DNA of 64,000 nucleotides from a virus, in IMG/VR virus record IMGVR_UViG_3300007623_000006, positions 32,001 to 96,000 of that record, one strand, 5' to 3'. Positions within the stretch are counted from its first letter, which is position 1; every line of letters begins with the position of its first letter. Of the stretch, positions 19,945 to 29,326 are shown piece by piece. The translations under genes and the position numbers were made by a program. The notes under the pieces are model-generated. The model was not told where the DNA came from. It searched no databases and was given only the letters and a program-made list of their open reading frames with translations.

Positions 19945-21132
19945 ATGGGTAATTCAAAAATTAATATGGTTTGTGACAGTTATGTATCTCTTGAAGATGC
20001 AATGTTACAAAACTATATCGCAGATAGTTATTCTTTTCCGATTGTTAATGTAGCAATTAAAGATGAAAAGTTTGACGATTTTGTATCTGATTTAAAACAA
20101 AAGTTTTCAGATATTGTTGTTAGTGCTATAGATATAAGTACAACATCTAAGTTTGTATATGTTGAAAACAAAGAAAAGTTTTTTATGGAACTTGTATGGG
20201 ATTATAAGAATAAATCTTATAGTGTTAATATTTATGGTAAAACATACGATTACTCAAATGATGTGTGGCAAATCGTTAAACAATATGAGCCAGGTGGAAG
20301 TGGTATATTTTTAGAAGTTGATAACTACACAATGTCTGATAATGGTGCTTTAAATATAAGAAAAGATTTTAAAGAACTTGGTGATATATATGATGCGTCA
20401 GATGATTATTACCCTTACTTAGATACTGATATGTTATTTAAAAAGTTTGCACTAAGTTCTGAAAATATACTATTACTTGTTGGGCAACCTGGTGTAGGTA
20501 AAACTAAGTTAGTTGCATTGTATGAAAAATATATGTTTAAATACCCTGAATTATTTAATGTAAATAAAGATTTAATGTCAGAAGAGTCTTATTTTAAAAT
20601 TGCTTATGTTAAAAATGAAGATATTTTAGCAAAAGATTCATTTTGGGAAGATTTAAATAAAAATAATTATAATCTTATTTTCTTAGATGATGCAGATAAT
20701 TGCCTATTACCAAGAGATAGTGAAGTGTATACAACTGAAGATGCAAACAGAAAGAAATTTATTTCACAACTATTATCTTTTACTGATGGGATTTCAGAGA
20801 GTAGTACAAAACTTATAATTACTACAAACAGAAGTGTTGATAATATTGATGTTGCTGTATTAAGAAGAGGAAGAACATTTGATATTTTAGAGTTACAACC
20901 TTTATCACACGATGAAGCATTACTTATTTGGGAAAAGGCTGAGTTAGAATCTGATGAATTTAACGAGTTATTTAAGGATAAACATGATATAATACCAAGT
21001 GAATTAGGTGCAGAAATTTCAATTAGAAAGAAAATGAGTGAAAATGGTGATGAAATTGGTGAATACTTAAAAAGAGATGGTATATCATTAATACATTCAT
21101 TTAGAAACAGAAAAAGAAGTATAGGATTATAA
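19945..21132 (+). CDS. Classic-clade AAA ATPase of unknown function
   Basis: GQPGVGKT, LIFLDDAD, ITTN...ID.AVLRRGR. Confidence 0.85.
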   Translation: MGNSKINMVCDSYVSLEDAMLQNYIADSYSFPIVNVAIKDEKFDDFVSDLKQKFSDIVVSAIDISTTSKFVYVENKEKFFMELVWDYKNKSYSVNIYGKTYDYSNDVWQIVKQYEPGGSGIFLEVDNYTMSDNGALNIRKDFKELGDIYDASDDYYPYLDTDMLFKKFALSSENILLLVGQPGVGKTKLVALYEKYMFKYPELFNVNKDLMSEESYFKIAYVKNEDILAKDSFWEDLNKNNYNLIFLDDADNCLLPRDSEVYTTEDANRKKFISQLLSFTDGISESSTKLIITTNRSVDNIDVAVLRRGRTFDILELQPLSHDEALLIWEKAELESDEFNELFKDKHDIIPSELGAEISIRKKMSENGDEIGEYLKRDGISLIHSFRNRKRSIGL

Positions 21133-21133
21133 A

Positions 21134-21610
21134 ATGATGGACGATTGGGGATTGGGTGTTAAACAGACAACAGTCGAAGAAAAAGTAAAATTAGAAGCAG
21201 AGGAAATTAAAGTAGAGAAAAAATCTCAAGAGCATAATGTGTTTCACATTATTTCCTCTGCTGTAGATAGAAAGTTTGTTCCTAGAGAGGAAGAATATGA
21301 TAAGATTCCACCTTATTTATTTTTAAGATACTTTGCCAATGACCCAAACGGACTTATTATTGTAAGTGAGTTAAATGTAAGAAAAAACATACCTAAAAAA
21401 TGGGAATATTGGTTTATGAGACTTATGATGCCAAAGAGTACTAGATTTATTAGATTTAATAAAAAAGAAAAGTTTGACGATGAACAGTTTTTAGAAAATC
21501 TTAAACATTACTACAAATGCAATGAAAGACAAGCATTAGAATACTTAAAACTTTTACCTGAAAGTGAAGTTAACCGAATAAAAAATATTTATAAGCACGG
21601 TTCTATGTAA
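21134..21610 (+). CDS. gp62: Clamp loader small subunit (gp62-like)
   Basis: PYLFLRYF, ELN, HYYKCNERQALEYLKLL; near gp44. Confidence 0.75.
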   Translation: MMDDWGLGVKQTTVEEKVKLEAEEIKVEKKSQEHNVFHIISSAVDRKFVPREEEYDKIPPYLFLRYFANDPNGLIIVSELNVRKNIPKKWEYWFMRLMMPKSTRFIRFNKKEKFDDEQFLENLKHYYKCNERQALEYLKLLPESEVNRIKNIYKHGSM

Positions 21611-21620
21611 ACTCAGTCTC

Positions 21621-21628
21621 TATAAATA
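21621..21628 (+). promoter_or_regulatory. Late promoter TATAAATA (DHH gene)
   Basis: Exact consensus, intergenic. Confidence 0.65.
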
Positions 21629-21653
21629 CATTAAATTATTACAAAGAAGATTT

Positions 21654-22592
21654 ATGGAGACTTTCAAACCTATCATATCAATAACTCACAACGACCTAGA
21701 TGGGTTAGGTTGTCAACTAGTTTTAAAGTGGGTTCACCAAGATGTACACTATCATTCTACATCATATAATACATTATTAAACACACTTATAGAACTTGAA
21801 GATTTATTAAAATACGATAGAAGTAAAACACTTATAGTAATAAGTGATTTGTCAGTAAAAGATGACGAAGCAAAAGTATTAAAACGGATTGTTACTGATA
21901 ATCCTGAAGTAAAGTTTATATATGCTGACCATCACTTAAGAACAACTGAAATGACAATTTTTTTAAAAAAATTACCAAAAAACTTTATAGATTTATATAA
22001 CACAAAAATGTGTTCCGCTAGTATACTGTATTATTATTATAATATACAAATGCCAAAATTAAAAGAGAATATTGATAAAATTAATGCATATGATATGTGG
22101 TTAACAGAATCTAGATTTTTTAAAGATGGTTTAGTGTTAAACGAAATATATGAGTCTTTAGGACACAATAATTTTTTTAATTCTATATCAAACTACGGTA
22201 ACTTAACAGAAACAATTACAAGAAAAATTAATAAAACAAATACCAAGATAGAGAATTTTATTAATCAAATAGATTCAAACTCATTCATTTATTATGATGA
22301 TTTAATAGTAGTTGCGCAGATAGATAAGTATAAGTCAATATTACAATATTATTTAAGTCGACCTATAAGTATAATTATAAGTTCAAATTTTAATTTTAGT
22401 ATTAGACTATCAAATGAACTCAAAGACATTGAAGTAGAAAAATATACTCAATTATTTTTTGAATACTTTAAAGAAAATAATATAGAGTATTATTATGCTC
22501 ATAGGCAAGTTTTCGGGTTTAATTCAACTAACTACAATATATTAGAGGATTTTGATACATTTTTATCATTTATTTCATCAAAAATTAACTAA
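21654..22592 (+). CDS. DHH-family phosphoesterase
   Basis: THNDLDGLG, ISDL, YADHH, CSA, YDMW. Confidence 0.82.
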   Translation: METFKPIISITHNDLDGLGCQLVLKWVHQDVHYHSTSYNTLLNTLIELEDLLKYDRSKTLIVISDLSVKDDEAKVLKRIVTDNPEVKFIYADHHLRTTEMTIFLKKLPKNFIDLYNTKMCSASILYYYYNIQMPKLKENIDKINAYDMWLTESRFFKDGLVLNEIYESLGHNNFFNSISNYGNLTETITRKINKTNTKIENFINQIDSNSFIYYDDLIVVAQIDKYKSILQYYLSRPISIIISSNFNFSIRLSNELKDIEVEKYTQLFFEYFKENNIEYYYAHRQVFGFNSTNYNILEDFDTFLSFISSKIN

Positions 22593-22606
22593 AAAATCGT
22601 TATAAT
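22585..22606 (+). promoter_or_regulatory. Sigma70-like promoter TTAACT-N10-TATAAT (gp41)
   Basis: Conserved motif and spacing. Confidence 0.6.
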
Positions 22607-22634
22607 ACTATTACTACTCAACAAAAGGATATAA

Positions 22635-24038
22635 ATGCAAGATATAATTCTTAGGAATTTATTAGATGATAACGACTACTACAGAAAAGTTTTTCCATAT
22701 TTAACAAGAAAACATTTCCAAAGTATTGAAGCACAAGAGTTGTTTGAACTAATTAAATCTTATTCTACTGAATTTAGCCAGAAACCTAATAAAAAAGAGT
22801 TAGGTTTATTGATTAAAAATAACTCTAAACTTGGGGACAAAGTAAAGGAAGGTGTACTAACATTTTATAAACAAGTGTTAACAGACGATAAAGTAGATAA
22901 TAAAGAATTTCTTATCCAAGAAACTGAAAAATATATTCAGAAAGTTGAAATGACAGATGCAGTGTTAAAATCTGCTTATATGATTCAAAAAGGTGATGGT
23001 GAATTTGAAAAAGTTTTAGGGTTTGTTAGTGATGCACTAAAAGTTAGATTTGATACTGACATTGGTATGAATTATAATGAATCGTTAGAACATAGACTTG
23101 AGTATTATCACAAGAAAAACTTTGGTCTTACAAGTGGTATGGAAAGTATTGATAAAATATTAGGTGGTGGATTTAAACCTAAAACGCTTAATGTACTAGG
23201 TGCTCCATCTCATGTTGGTAAGTCAATGGGTCTTATATCGGTTGCTGCTGCACTTGCATTAAAGAAAAAGAAAGTACTGTTTATTCCACTTGAGATGAGT
23301 GAAGAAGAGATAGGTAAAAGAATGGATAGTAATATTCTTGATGTTAACTCAAATGAGATTAAGGATTTATCACTAGAAGTTTTTAGAGAAAAATTTAATT
23401 CAATTAAAGAATACTTAGGTGATACTATTATTAAAGAGTTTCCTGCTGGTGTACTAAACTCGTTCAAAATTGAAGGTTTACTTGACGATTTGGCAATGAA
23501 TGAATCTTTTATACCTGATATTATTGTTATTGACTACTTAACACTTATGAGTTCAAGTAGAGTAACAATGGCACAGGCAGGTGGTGGGTATGCTTTCTAC
23601 AAAGCAATTGCTGAAGAGTTACACGCCTTATCAAAAAAATACAATGTACCTGTTTTAACAGCTGCACAGTTAAATAGAAGTGCTTATGGAAATAAGGAAG
23701 CAGGTTTAGAAACTATTGCTGATTCGCTTGGTATTGTACAAACAGCAGATGTGTTTGTTGCTATGATTACAGATGATGTGTTAAAAGAAAATGGTAGAAT
23801 GTATTGGAAGTTCCTAAAGAACAGAAATACTGGTATGTTAAAAAGTCAACTGGTTGGTATTGATTATACTAGAGCAAGATTTTATGATGTGGAAGAGGAT
23901 ACTGAGGCTGCCGCTAATATCACAAGTAGTTTTACAAATCCAACAGAAACAAATGTAGGGTTAGACACATTAAGTAATAAAGGTCAAGAAAATAGTCTAG
24001 ACTTTAGTGTATTAAATTTTGGAGGTTCAAATGGTTGA
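22635..24038 (+). CDS. gp41: Replicative DNA helicase (gp41, DnaB-like)
   Basis: APSHVGKS, LEMSEE, IKEFP, IDYL, KAIAEEL, TAAQLNR, ADSLG, LKNR. Confidence 0.93.
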   Translation: MQDIILRNLLDDNDYYRKVFPYLTRKHFQSIEAQELFELIKSYSTEFSQKPNKKELGLLIKNNSKLGDKVKEGVLTFYKQVLTDDKVDNKEFLIQETEKYIQKVEMTDAVLKSAYMIQKGDGEFEKVLGFVSDALKVRFDTDIGMNYNESLEHRLEYYHKKNFGLTSGMESIDKILGGGFKPKTLNVLGAPSHVGKSMGLISVAAALALKKKKVLFIPLEMSEEEIGKRMDSNILDVNSNEIKDLSLEVFREKFNSIKEYLGDTIIKEFPAGVLNSFKIEGLLDDLAMNESFIPDIIVIDYLTLMSSSRVTMAQAGGGYAFYKAIAEELHALSKKYNVPVLTAAQLNRSAYGNKEAGLETIADSLGIVQTADVFVAMITDDVLKENGRMYWKFLKNRNTGMLKSQLVGIDYTRARFYDVEEDTEAAANITSSFTNPTETNVGLDTLSNKGQENSLDFSVLNFGGSNG

Positions 24039-24465
24039 TTTTGATGTAGAGTTTGACGAGCAGTGTCTTTTGTGTTTATATGATAATGATAGAATTTATT
24101 ATACAATTGTTCAGAGGGAACCTGAGTTAAGACATACTGGAGTGAGTGTTATCAGAAGAATTTTAAATAATAAACATAAGTTTATAGGAGACTTTTATGC
24201 AACTCAAGGTCATTTTAGTATTGTTTACATTGATGATGAAAATATTAAGATGAATAAAGAATTTGCAGGTGCAGACAGAAACGAACTTACATTAAATGAG
24301 TTAGACGAATATTTAACTGAAGATATATTTAATTACATATATGTATATGATGTTGCTAGAGACTGTATAATTATTAAAGAACCAAATCAAGATTTATATA
24401 CTTTAGATTTCCACAATAGAGAAGATGTTGAAAAATTTATTAACGAAATAACTAATTATAAATAA
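24031..24465 (+). CDS. Hypothetical protein
   Basis: ATG 24031 after GGAGG; overlaps the end of gp41. Confidence 0.7.
   Translation: MVDFDVEFDEQCLLCLYDNDRIYYTIVQREPELRHTGVSVIRRILNNKHKFIGDFYATQGHFSIVYIDDENIKMNKEFAGADRNELTLNELDEYLTEDIFNYIYVYDVARDCIIIKEPNQDLYTLDFHNREDVEKFINEITNYK
24457..24464 (+). promoter_or_regulatory. Late promoter opening the tail/fibre region
   Basis: TATAAATA 28 nt before 24493. Confidence 0.65.
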
Positions 24466-24492
24466 TACAGTAAGAAAAATTAGGAGTAGTTA

Positions 24493-25056
24493 ATGGACGC
24501 TATACCAGTATCACAAATTGATTTAAAAGGACTTGACATAGATGCTTATAGAACATCTGTTTCAGGTAACGCTTATATATCAGGTGGTGCTTTACTTGAC
24601 TTAACAACAGGTAGAGCATATGTAGTTAAAGAGCAGGTAGTAGATTTACCTAACTTAGGTTTAAACTACATATATTATGACATTTCACAAGAAAAATATG
24701 AAGTATCTGATATGTTATTAAAGAATCTTGGAAACAGAAAACTATTGTTTATTATTAATAAAAGAGAAAATGGTTCATTAGATTCTATAATCAACGCAAC
24801 TGATATTAAAAATAGAGACCTTACACTTCCTAATATTTCAGACCAAGTTTATTCAACTGATACAGAATATAAACTAACAATTGTTGGTGATACTGTAACT
24901 GTTAACAACCACGACATTAAGAGAGTTGAAGAGTTTTATATTCATGGAGTAGGGGTAGTTTTATCAAAGTCTATTTTAGCAGTTCAAGGAAAGCAAATTA
25001 TATTAGACGGTGACGAAATGGATGGTAAACTTTGTGATGTATCTTATTTTTGGTAA
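24493..25056 (+). CDS. Putative virion structural protein
   Basis: Late promoter, AGGAG SD, beta-rich; C-terminus resembles that of 25103. Confidence 0.6.
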   Translation: MDAIPVSQIDLKGLDIDAYRTSVSGNAYISGGALLDLTTGRAYVVKEQVVDLPNLGLNYIYYDISQEKYEVSDMLLKNLGNRKLLFIINKRENGSLDSIINATDIKNRDLTLPNISDQVYSTDTEYKLTIVGDTVTVNNHDIKRVEEFYIHGVGVVLSKSILAVQGKQIILDGDEMDGKLCDVSYFW

Positions 25057-25102
25057 TTAATAAATATAATAAACTTAATAAAAAATTATAGAGGAAAAAG
25101 AT

Positions 25103-25855
25103 ATGGCTATAGAAACACAACAAATATCAGCTGACAATGTCGTAGAAACCGACCTTAGGGTATTTGCACACCCTGACGACTTAGGTAAGTTAGATTTATT
25201 ACAAATCACTGCACCTACAGATATAGATTATTTACTAAACAAGGTAGATAGTATTCAAAACCCAATACAAGATATGGGAGAATTTGACCCGACAATTGAT
25301 GGTATGTTCCCTGAAGGTGCTATGTCAGGTTGGTTGTACAGAGTTGCAAATGATGGTGATATAGGTTCTATGTCTCTATCAGCAGGTGACACAATTTTCG
25401 CTATTGCAGATGTAGTAGATAGAACTGACCCTAGCCTATGGGTAAAAATTGATAATACAGAAGGTAACGATATCCTTAGAACTAATGATATTGATACTGA
25501 CCCAACAATGCTTAATGCAACAGATGAAACAATTGGTTCTGCTTTAGCTGTTAAGTCATATGTTGACACTATGGTTATGGACTTAAACACTACTTTAATG
25601 ACAGAAATTGAAGCAGCTGGACAGTCTAGTACATCTGCAATCAAAGTAACTGATTGGGTGGATATAGTTGAAGATGGAACAGACTCACTTATGGTGATGA
25701 TTGAGCCACCTGCAGGTATTGTAAGAATTTACATTGAAGCATGGGGAGATATAGTTGACGGATGGACAATTACACCAGGTATTCCAGAAGTTAGATTTAC
25801 TGATGATGTTGAGCACATTGGTAAAAGAGTAAAAATCACTTATCTAGTAAACTAA
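25103..25855 (+). CDS. Putative tail/baseplate structural protein
   Basis: GWLYRV..DG....GDTI...WVKIDNT motif of the kind seen in phage fibre proteins; very acidic. Confidence 0.6.
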   Translation: MAIETQQISADNVVETDLRVFAHPDDLGKLDLLQITAPTDIDYLLNKVDSIQNPIQDMGEFDPTIDGMFPEGAMSGWLYRVANDGDIGSMSLSAGDTIFAIADVVDRTDPSLWVKIDNTEGNDILRTNDIDTDPTMLNATDETIGSALAVKSYVDTMVMDLNTTLMTEIEAAGQSSTSAIKVTDWVDIVEDGTDSLMVMIEPPAGIVRIYIEAWGDIVDGWTITPGIPEVRFTDDVEHIGKRVKITYLVN

Positions 25856-25875
25856 TTAATTTTAGTTTACTGATA

Positions 25876-25946
25876 TAACCTTTACCCTACTTTATGTAGG
25901 AGATATTTTTAATTTACCCTCTTAATGAGGAGTCCTTAGAAGGTTA
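25876..25946 (+). promoter_or_regulatory. Structured leader with two TTTACC-hairpin-GAG repeats enclosed by TAACCTT/AAGGTTA
   Basis: TTTACCCTACTTTATGTAGGAG (25881-25902) and TTTACCCTCTTAATGAGGAG (25913-25932); the outer stem covers the SD. Confidence 0.55.
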
Positions 25947-25949
25947 ATA

Positions 25950-26132
25950 ATGGTATTAGTATACAATAAAAATGGAGAGACTACAGAACCATGTAGCAAC
26001 AAAATTGCTAGGCTACTGTTAAAAGAAGATAAAGCAACTGTAAAGTCTTACAGACCATTTACTATACAACTTAAATTCAACTTAGATGAATTGTATAAAA
26101 AATTTATTGAAGATAAAGCAGGTGACAAATAA
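25950..26132 (+). CDS. Stand-alone PLMP/RRXRR-domain protein (IscB N-terminal domain-like)
   Basis: VLVYNKNGETTEPCSNKIARLLLKEDKATVKSYRPFTIQLK matches the VxVxDxxGKPLMPCxxxxARxLLKxGKAxVxxxxPFTIQL pattern; no RuvC/HNH follows. Confidence 0.8.
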   Translation: MVLVYNKNGETTEPCSNKIARLLLKEDKATVKSYRPFTIQLKFNLDELYKKFIEDKAGDK

Positions 26133-26806
26133 TGGCACTATTATTCAATGAAATACAATCATCATACATTTTACTTAAAAATACCTTTAATAATGTTCTA
26201 AAGGACAGTAAAAATGCACAAGAAGCATTTGAAAGATTAGACTCATTACTTGTACCTGCTACACAAGAAAAAGATGGTTTATTTGCTGCAAGTGATAAAT
26301 TAAAACTTGACACATTACAAGACACTGTAGAAGATGGTGGTATTGGTCATATTTCACTTACAAGTGGGTACGGAACATACTCATTTGAGTCTAACACTAT
26401 AGAGGACACATATACAATACACCACAACCTAAATTCTTTCAATTTGACTGTGACAGTTATGTTTATGAATGATGAAGGTTATTGGGAAAATGCAGTATTC
26501 CCTATGAAATACCTAGACGAGAACACTATTTTTATAGAACTTATAGAACCAAGAGAAGTTATTGTACATATAAATGCAGTTGAGTATTTTTTCTCATTCT
26601 CATATGAAAATAATAATTCACAATTAGTACACGAAATAACTCACAATTTAAATTCGTTTAATTTACTGTATAACATTATGATTTATGACATTGAAGAAGC
26701 AGTTTGGAAAAACGACCTTGCTAAATTTGTTTATAAAGATGAAAATAACTGCATTTTAACTTTAACTGATGCTTCACCATGTAGAGTGAACTTTATTAGA
26801 CTTTAG
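26132..26806 (+). CDS. Tail-associated protein with two HNL-motif beta domains
   Basis: ATQEKDGLFAASDKLKLD fibre motif; two copies of I.HNLNSFNL...W.N. Confidence 0.65.
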   Translation: MALLFNEIQSSYILLKNTFNNVLKDSKNAQEAFERLDSLLVPATQEKDGLFAASDKLKLDTLQDTVEDGGIGHISLTSGYGTYSFESNTIEDTYTIHHNLNSFNLTVTVMFMNDEGYWENAVFPMKYLDENTIFIELIEPREVIVHINAVEYFFSFSYENNNSQLVHEITHNLNSFNLLYNIMIYDIEEAVWKNDLAKFVYKDENNCILTLTDASPCRVNFIRL

Positions 26807-26888
26807 AATTTCGTTTAAATAAATATATATGAAATTAAGAAGACTAAAATCTTTTTAATATGCATATTAAATAAAAACGGAGAAAAAA

Positions 26889-29030
26889 ATGGCAAATTTT
26901 ATTAAAGCACACGGATTATCTATCGCTAATGGTGGATATGTTGAGAATGCTATAATTGAAACATTAACTACTGCACCAGCATCATTAGAAGTTGGTAGAT
27001 TGTATTACGATTCAACTGCTTCAGAATTAAAGTATGTTAAAGCTGATGGTGGTGTTGCTACTGTTAAGACTTTCGCTACAAAAGAAGATGCTGATGCATT
27101 TAAAGCGTTATTAGATTCAACTGATGGAGCTGCAGAAGTTGGTGTTACTGGTGTTACTGGTGTTAATGGTGAGTTTAGTATTACTGACGGTGATGTTCAA
27201 GTTTCTGTAGATGCAATTGTTGCTGCTATTGATGCTGAAATTAAAGCAAGAAAAAATGCTATCACAACTGAAGCAAATGCTAGAACTGCAGCTGATACTG
27301 CAATTACAACTGCTTATGAAGCGGCTGATACTGCAATTACAACTGCTTATGAAGCGGCTGATACTGCAATTAATGCAACAATTACTGCATTAAAAGATGG
27401 TTCTGAATCAACAATCGCTGACTTAGATGGAGCTGATGCTGCACAAGTTGCAAGATTAGTTGCGTTAGAAGATTTAGTTGATGGTGATATGGGTGACATG
27501 ACAACATTAACTACAGACCATAAGGACACATTAGTTGGAGCAATTAACGAAGTTGATGCAAACGCTGATGCTACTGCTGCTGATTTAGCACAAGAAATCT
27601 CTGATAGAGAAACTGCTATTACTGATTTAACTACTTACACTGATACAAACTTTGTAAACAAAACTACTTCATCATTACAATCAATTGTTGCTGATGTTAA
27701 TATGGGTGGTTCTTTAACAGTTACTGGTGACTTAACAGTTAACGGTGGTAACTTTGTTACTGAAGCTGAAGTTGTTACTTTTGCTGACAATGTTTTAACA
27801 TTAAACTCTAATGTTACAACTGGTGCACCAACTGAAAACGCTGGTTTAGAAGTTTCAAGAGGTGATGAGGGTACATTATCTATCTTCACATTCAATGAGT
27901 TAAATGATTATGTTACTATTCCTGTATGGGATGCTACTGCAAATGAAGGTGCTGGTGCGTTTGTTCAAGACGAAATCGCTGGTAAAACATGGGCTGGTGC
28001 TGAATTCTTAAGAATTGAAGATGCTACTGCTGCATTAGGTGCTGATTTACAAGCTGAATTAGACCTTAGTCAAGCTAGTGCTGGATTAACTGTAGACGGT
28101 GAGTATGTTGTTGCAACATCTGCTAACTACATCGCTACTGCTACAACTTTACACAATGCTACAGTATTATTAGATACACAAGCTAAAACAACTGCTGACG
28201 CTTTAGCACAAGAAATTTCTGACAGAGAATCTGCTGTAACAGCTGAAGAAACTGCAAGAATTGCTGCTGATACTGCTGAAGAAACTGCAAGAATTGCAGG
28301 TGATGACGCTTTAGACGCAAGAGTTACTACAGTTGAAGAACAAGTAAATGGTAAAATTGGTGAATTATCTACATTAACTAATACTGATAATGACACTGGT
28401 TTAGTTGCTGAAAATATTGTTGATGCTATCAATGATGTTGATGCTGATTTAAGTGCTGAAGTTTCTAGAGCAACTGGTGCTGAAGCTGCTATTTCAGGTG
28501 TAATTACTGCATTAAAAGATGGTTCAACTTCTACAATTAAAAATTTAGATGATGCAATCGCTTTAAATACAACTAACTTAAACCAAGAAATTTCTGATAG
28601 ACAAGCTGCAATCACTGCTGAGCAAACTGCTAGAGAAAATGCTGATTCTGCAATCAACTCTACTATCACTGCATTAAAAGACGGTTCTACTTCAACTATT
28701 GCTGATTTAGATACTGCTATTGCTGATGAAGTAACTAGAGCAACTGGTGCTGAAGCGACTATCAATACTACAATTTCAACAATGAAAACTGATATTAATG
28801 CAATGTACTACACATTCACTGCAGATGTAGCTGGTTCTACATTCAATATTGCACATAACTTAAATTCTGAATTTGTTTCAGTACAAGTATGGGTATATGA
28901 TGATGCTACTACTAAATGGAAAAATGACATTGTTGCTATCGAAATCGTAGATAACGCAAACTTAAACATTTACTTAACTGAATCTAGAAAAGTTAAAGTA
29001 ATCGTTTCTAAAATCGCTAACTTAGCGTAA
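26889..29030 (+). CDS. Long coiled-coil fibre/whisker protein
   Basis: Ala/Thr-rich EtaRiaaD repeats, LTTDHKDTLVGAINEV, central GDLTVNG..DNVLTLN..AGLEVSRG module, C-terminal HNL domain. Confidence 0.8.
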   Translation: MANFIKAHGLSIANGGYVENAIIETLTTAPASLEVGRLYYDSTASELKYVKADGGVATVKTFATKEDADAFKALLDSTDGAAEVGVTGVTGVNGEFSITDGDVQVSVDAIVAAIDAEIKARKNAITTEANARTAADTAITTAYEAADTAITTAYEAADTAINATITALKDGSESTIADLDGADAAQVARLVALEDLVDGDMGDMTTLTTDHKDTLVGAINEVDANADATAADLAQEISDRETAITDLTTYTDTNFVNKTTSSLQSIVADVNMGGSLTVTGDLTVNGGNFVTEAEVVTFADNVLTLNSNVTTGAPTENAGLEVSRGDEGTLSIFTFNELNDYVTIPVWDATANEGAGAFVQDEIAGKTWAGAEFLRIEDATAALGADLQAELDLSQASAGLTVDGEYVVATSANYIATATTLHNATVLLDTQAKTTADALAQEISDRESAVTAEETARIAADTAEETARIAGDDALDARVTTVEEQVNGKIGELSTLTNTDNDTGLVAENIVDAINDVDADLSAEVSRATGAEAAISGVITALKDGSTSTIKNLDDAIALNTTNLNQEISDRQAAITAEQTARENADSAINSTITALKDGSTSTIADLDTAIADEVTRATGAEATINTTISTMKTDINAMYYTFTADVAGSTFNIAHNLNSEFVSVQVWVYDDATTKWKNDIVAIEIVDNANLNIYLTESRKVKVIVSKIANLA
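27291..27372 (+). repeat. 33-bp exact tandem repeat, about 2.5 copies (ADTAITTAYEA)
   Basis: GCTGATACTGCAATTACAACTGCTTATGAAGCG twice plus a partial copy. Confidence 0.9.
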
Positions 29031-29042
29031 GTTTTAGAATTT

Positions 29043-29067
29043 ATATAGAGGTCACTGACCTCTATAT
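29043..29067. terminator. Inverted repeat after the fibre gene, probable terminator
   Basis: ATATAGAGGTCA-C-TGACCTCTATAT. Confidence 0.65.
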
Positions 29068-29098
29068 TCTAATAAAAATATTATAATAAAGGATTATT

Positions 29099-29326
29099 GT
29101 GGAAACACAAAAAACACCTGAAGAATTTCAGACCGAAATACTAACAAAACTTAAAAATCTAACCAATTATGTTAATAGACTTGATAATGTCATTTCCGAA
29201 ATGGATTTAATGAAACCTAAAGAAAATATAGAATCACTTGAAAATCACATATTAATGATACAAGCACAGAAAGAGTTTGTTAAAATGGCACTACAAGAGA
29301 TGAAGGACACATATGGAAACAGTTGA
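29099..29326 (+). CDS. Small coiled-coil hypothetical protein
   Basis: GTG start after AAGGA; heptad pattern. Confidence 0.65.
   Translation: METQKTPEEFQTEILTKLKNLTNYVNRLDNVISEMDLMKPKENIESLENHILMIQAQKEFVKMALQEMKDTYGNS

Noticed and set aside
25856-26132. Complete IscB/OMEGA nuclease or IS200/605 element
   Set aside because: No RuvC, HNH or TnpA; the upstream gap is only 94 nt, too short for a full omegaRNA
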